From assembly GCA_029261065.1 (NCBI GenBank), contig JAJDCB010000006.1, forward strand, positions 64,284 through 128,283: 64,000 nt of DNA, read 5' to 3'. This stretch comes from Candidatus Omnitrophota bacterium. Its GTDB lineage: Bacteria; Omnitrophota; Gorgyraeia; Zapsychrales; Zapsychraceae. Shown in pieces: positions 61,739 to 64,000 of the stretch (its first letter is position 1; every line of letters begins with the position of its first letter). A program made the position numbers and the translations under genes. Below the pieces are notes generated by a model, which saw only the letters and a program-made list of their open reading frames with translations, ran no database searches and was not told the origin of the DNA.

Positions 61739-62743
61739 TTATTTACTTATGAAATAGGGCAAATCGACACGACTACGACCCTTATCGTCAAATGAAAAAC
61801 CAAAATCATACTCTGAGGACGAACTAAATTCGACCTTATCGTAAAAGCCCGGATCCGATGAATAGCCTTGCAATTTATTGTAAAGCTTCTTAGATCCATA
61901 AGGCCAATTTTGCCCTACAATCACTCCAGGAATTTGACCACACCCTACCTCAGCCTCAACAAACGTTTCACGTTTGGCTGCATTAAGTAATGCGTAGCGC
62001 TTAATATGCTCATCAGCCCTTTTTGTCTTTTTAAATTTATTGAGCTTCAATACTTCGACAAGATATGTAATATCATTACTCTTAATCTGGCCAGCCTGAT
62101 TATAATCAACTTTTGTCACTTTGACTTTTTGAATAACATATTCTTTTTTGCATCGAGGTGCTTCAACATAATTATAAAACAGAAAAAAGAATTGATTATT
62201 CTTATAGCTTTTCGCATATCTTTTATTAAGCACACTATTATAATTTAAACCCGCCTTCTTGGCTAAAGGCACATTTTTCTTGTAGGCTACAGTCTCTTTG
62301 TACGGTTTTGGCATCGTAACTTTTCCCGAATTAGAGTTTAGCTTTTCCATACCATCTTTGATGGTTGGCGCGGTGATCTTCACCCCTCGCTTAGGATTCT
62401 TTTTCCTAACTCTCTTCTTTGGTTGATTTTGTGATTGAGGAACCGTATCGACACGACTCTCTTTGGGCTCTTGAGAAAAATATCTTTGCTGACCTTGAGC
62501 GACCTTTTTCTTAAAAAGGGTACCTGCGCTTACCTTTGGAACAATTGATTTCTTTATGCTTTCAATGTCATCTAAATAATACGTTATACCAACGCCTACG
62601 CCCAAATCAACCTTAATGAACTCATTCGTTTGCTCTACAATTTTACCTTCAACTGTATCTCCAGACTTAAACTGAATAGTTTCTGCATGACTAGCTATTG
62701 TGATGAGTAAAAATGAAGAAATTACGAGGAATTTATTACGCAT
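61739..62743 (-). CDS. Secreted lysine-rich hypothetical protein
   Basis: Signal peptide, highly basic central region, no recognisable domain; bounded by terminal-repeat copies. Confidence 0.35.
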   Translation of the reverse strand: MRNKFLVISSFLLITIASHAETIQFKSGDTVEGKIVEQTNEFIKVDLGVGVGITYYLDDIESIKKSIVPKVSAGTLFKKKVAQGQQRYFSQEPKESRVDTVPQSQNQPKKRVRKKNPKRGVKITAPTIKDGMEKLNSNSGKVTMPKPYKETVAYKKNVPLAKKAGLNYNSVLNKRYAKSYKNNQFFFLFYNYVEAPRCKKEYVIQKVKVTKVDYNQAGQIKSNDITYLVEVLKLNKFKKTKRADEHIKRYALLNAAKRETFVEAEVGCGQIPGVIVGQNWPYGSKKLYNKLQGYSSDPGFYDKVEFSSSSEYDFGFSFDDKGRSRVDLPYFISK

Positions 62744-62788
62744 TTGGGTATTCTAAAGGTCTAGGTGAGATGTGTCAATTCGTAAAGA

Positions 62789-62999
62789 GACTCGAAGTGT
62801 CAGATCTCCTATCTAATTATGAAATAAGAATTTATCTATCATCTCCTTCTTACTTTTACTTAGGTTACTCACACAGACGCGTGTGGATAAATCATTATTT
62901 TAATCCTGGCCCTTAATTCTTCTATTCAATAATCTCAGCTATCTTTACTTTTTTCAATGAGTTGAGAGATCTGACACTTCTAGTCCGACACTTCTAGTC
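62789..62999. mobile_element. MITE-like element of ~211 bp bounded by 20-bp terminal inverted repeats GACT(A/C)GAAGTGTCAGATCTC, right end duplicated
   Basis: Left end GACTCGAAGTGTCAGATCTC (62789..62808); right end GAGATCTGACACTTCTAGTC (62966..62985) plus an extra GACACTTCTAGTC (62987..62999); non-palindromic interior with no ORF. Confidence 0.65.
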
Positions 63000-63020
63000 T
63001 TTTCTTTCTACTGCTCTCAA

Positions 63021-63425
63021 TTATGTCGCGACCGGATTTTGATCCTTAACAAATAATGGGAGCGATGTCTCATTTCTGCTGTCAATAGCTAAATCAATGG
63101 AATATACACCAAATTTTGGGATTTTCATTTGCTGTATATTAAAAATCATATTTGCAACACCTGATCTTTGGTCATCAGGAAATTTGATTTCAATTGCTCC
63201 ATTGGCTGCTGGTATTAAAGGTTTACCATCCAAATCAACAAAATTTACAGCAACGGCATGTCTACCACGTTCAATAGCAGTAAACCGAACTCTTAATGCG
63301 ATAGCGCATTGCGGGTATTGGATTGGCGTCTGCTTAGACCAAACAGTATCAAAGGCTCCCAAAATATTCAACTTTCCTCTTTGATCTGTCGCTGCATCAC
63401 ACAATGTAAAAATTTCAATATTCAT
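63021..63425 (-). CDS. Hypothetical protein (134 aa), no recognisable domain
   Basis: ORF only; cassette-like position between repeat copies. Confidence 0.3.
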   Translation of the reverse strand: MNIEIFTLCDAATDQRGKLNILGAFDTVWSKQTPIQYPQCAIALRVRFTAIERGRHAVAVNFVDLDGKPLIPAANGAIEIKFPDDQRSGVANMIFNIQQMKIPKFGVYSIDLAIDSRNETSLPLFVKDQNPVAT

Positions 63426-63563
63426 AATTCATTCTCCTTGTAATAATAGGGGTCAGCGCCCTAGCAGAAACTAGGAGCCTTGACCCTTTTCTCTGATACT
63501 GTTTTTCTTTCTGCTATAAATAACGTTTAATTATTCTTCTACTATCTTCCCTTTTGAATATAT

Positions 63564-63956
63564 CTAGTATGGACCAGTATATTCAAGAACAATTAATTGA
63601 TTTGCTTCAAGATTAAATTTTCTACTCGACGTAATCCCAAATGGGCCTACAGGATGCAATTTTACAATATGACTTCCTTCATCTAAAGTAATTGTTGTAT
63701 TACTATGTTTTGATACAACCAAAGGATCGAAGTCATCAATCTCAATAATATAACTCTTAAGCATATACTGTATGCTAGGGGGGCGACATAAAACTTTTAA
63801 TTCACCAGAGCTTAAACTATTCGATAAATCAAAATCATAGGCACTCCTTGTAACTTCTGACATGCCTAATCTTTTTTCATACTCTCTTGTTGCACACCCG
63901 CTGACAAAAATAATAATCACTAAAAAATATATCAATCGTTTCATCACCCCCCCCAC
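63564..63956 (-). CDS. Putative lipoprotein (130 aa)
   Basis: Signal peptide with lipobox VSGC. Confidence 0.4.
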   Translation of the reverse strand: MGGVMKRLIYFLVIIIFVSGCATREYEKRLGMSEVTRSAYDFDLSNSLSSGELKVLCRPPSIQYMLKSYIIEIDDFDPLVVSKHSNTTITLDEGSHIVKLHPVGPFGITSSRKFNLEANQLIVLEYTGPY

Positions 63957-64000
63957 ATTTGTTACAAAAACAAAAAAAGAAAAGTGCCAGATTTTTACTT

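Noticed and set aside
58528-63000. The repeats between cassette-like genes could be integron attC sites
   Set aside because: The copies occur in both orientations and lack GTTRRRY/RYYYAAC core sites. No intI gene is present in the window. A MITE or solo-terminal-repeat interpretation fits better.

Overview
This is a low-GC bacterial chromosome segment in which essentially every gene is on the minus strand and tightly packed. The architecture is Gram-negative: an Mla lipid-asymmetry ABC system, three RND efflux systems, OprB-like and coiled-coil porins, a Mip-like FKBP, TolC/NodT-like outer membrane factors. The overall profile resembles an AT-rich proteobacterium, but the lineage cannot be fixed from sequence alone.

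The window runs, from low to high coordinates:
- Housekeeping and envelope genes: a DMT transporter, a rhodanese, a malic enzyme and mlaEFDCA.
- A metal-resistance block: a czcCBA-like heavy-metal RND system preceded by a small His/Cys-rich secreted protein, then a TetR-controlled OMF-MFP-RND operon ending in a YecH-like metal-binding protein.
- Core metabolism and envelope: a Mip-like FKBP, a UDG-family protein, an OprB-type porin and PEP carboxylase.
- A third RND pump paired with a TolC-like protein but with no adaptor gene.
- Regulation and detoxification: an ornithine-cyclodeaminase-family gene, a hybrid sensor kinase with a PhnD-like binding protein, frmAB formaldehyde detoxification and a DEAD-box helicase.
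- Further metal systems: a porin-znuA-znuB operon lacking an ATPase, and a mer-like metal-handling cluster (MerT-like, MerP/HMA-like, outer membrane barrel) bracketed by two more members of the small His/Cys-rich family.
- Metabolic genes: tandem HI0933-type flavoproteins, a cation antiporter, RluA, a PLP decarboxylase and a cysteine synthase-glutaredoxin fusion.
- A cassette-like accessory tail (58.4-64 kb): an AbiEi/AbiEii toxin-antitoxin pair, MscS and orphan secreted proteins, interleaved with a MITE-like element and solo copies of its terminal inverted repeat.

The non-coding signals that stand out most are:
- a dispersed upstream element carrying three helically phased TTTRCTG heptamers in front of at least three unrelated operons;
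- a pair of near-identical 16-bp palindromes flanking the TetR gene;
- a three-member family of small His/Cys-rich proteins with a shared C-terminal LPxxxRxPPxS motif, each attached to a metal-transport operon.
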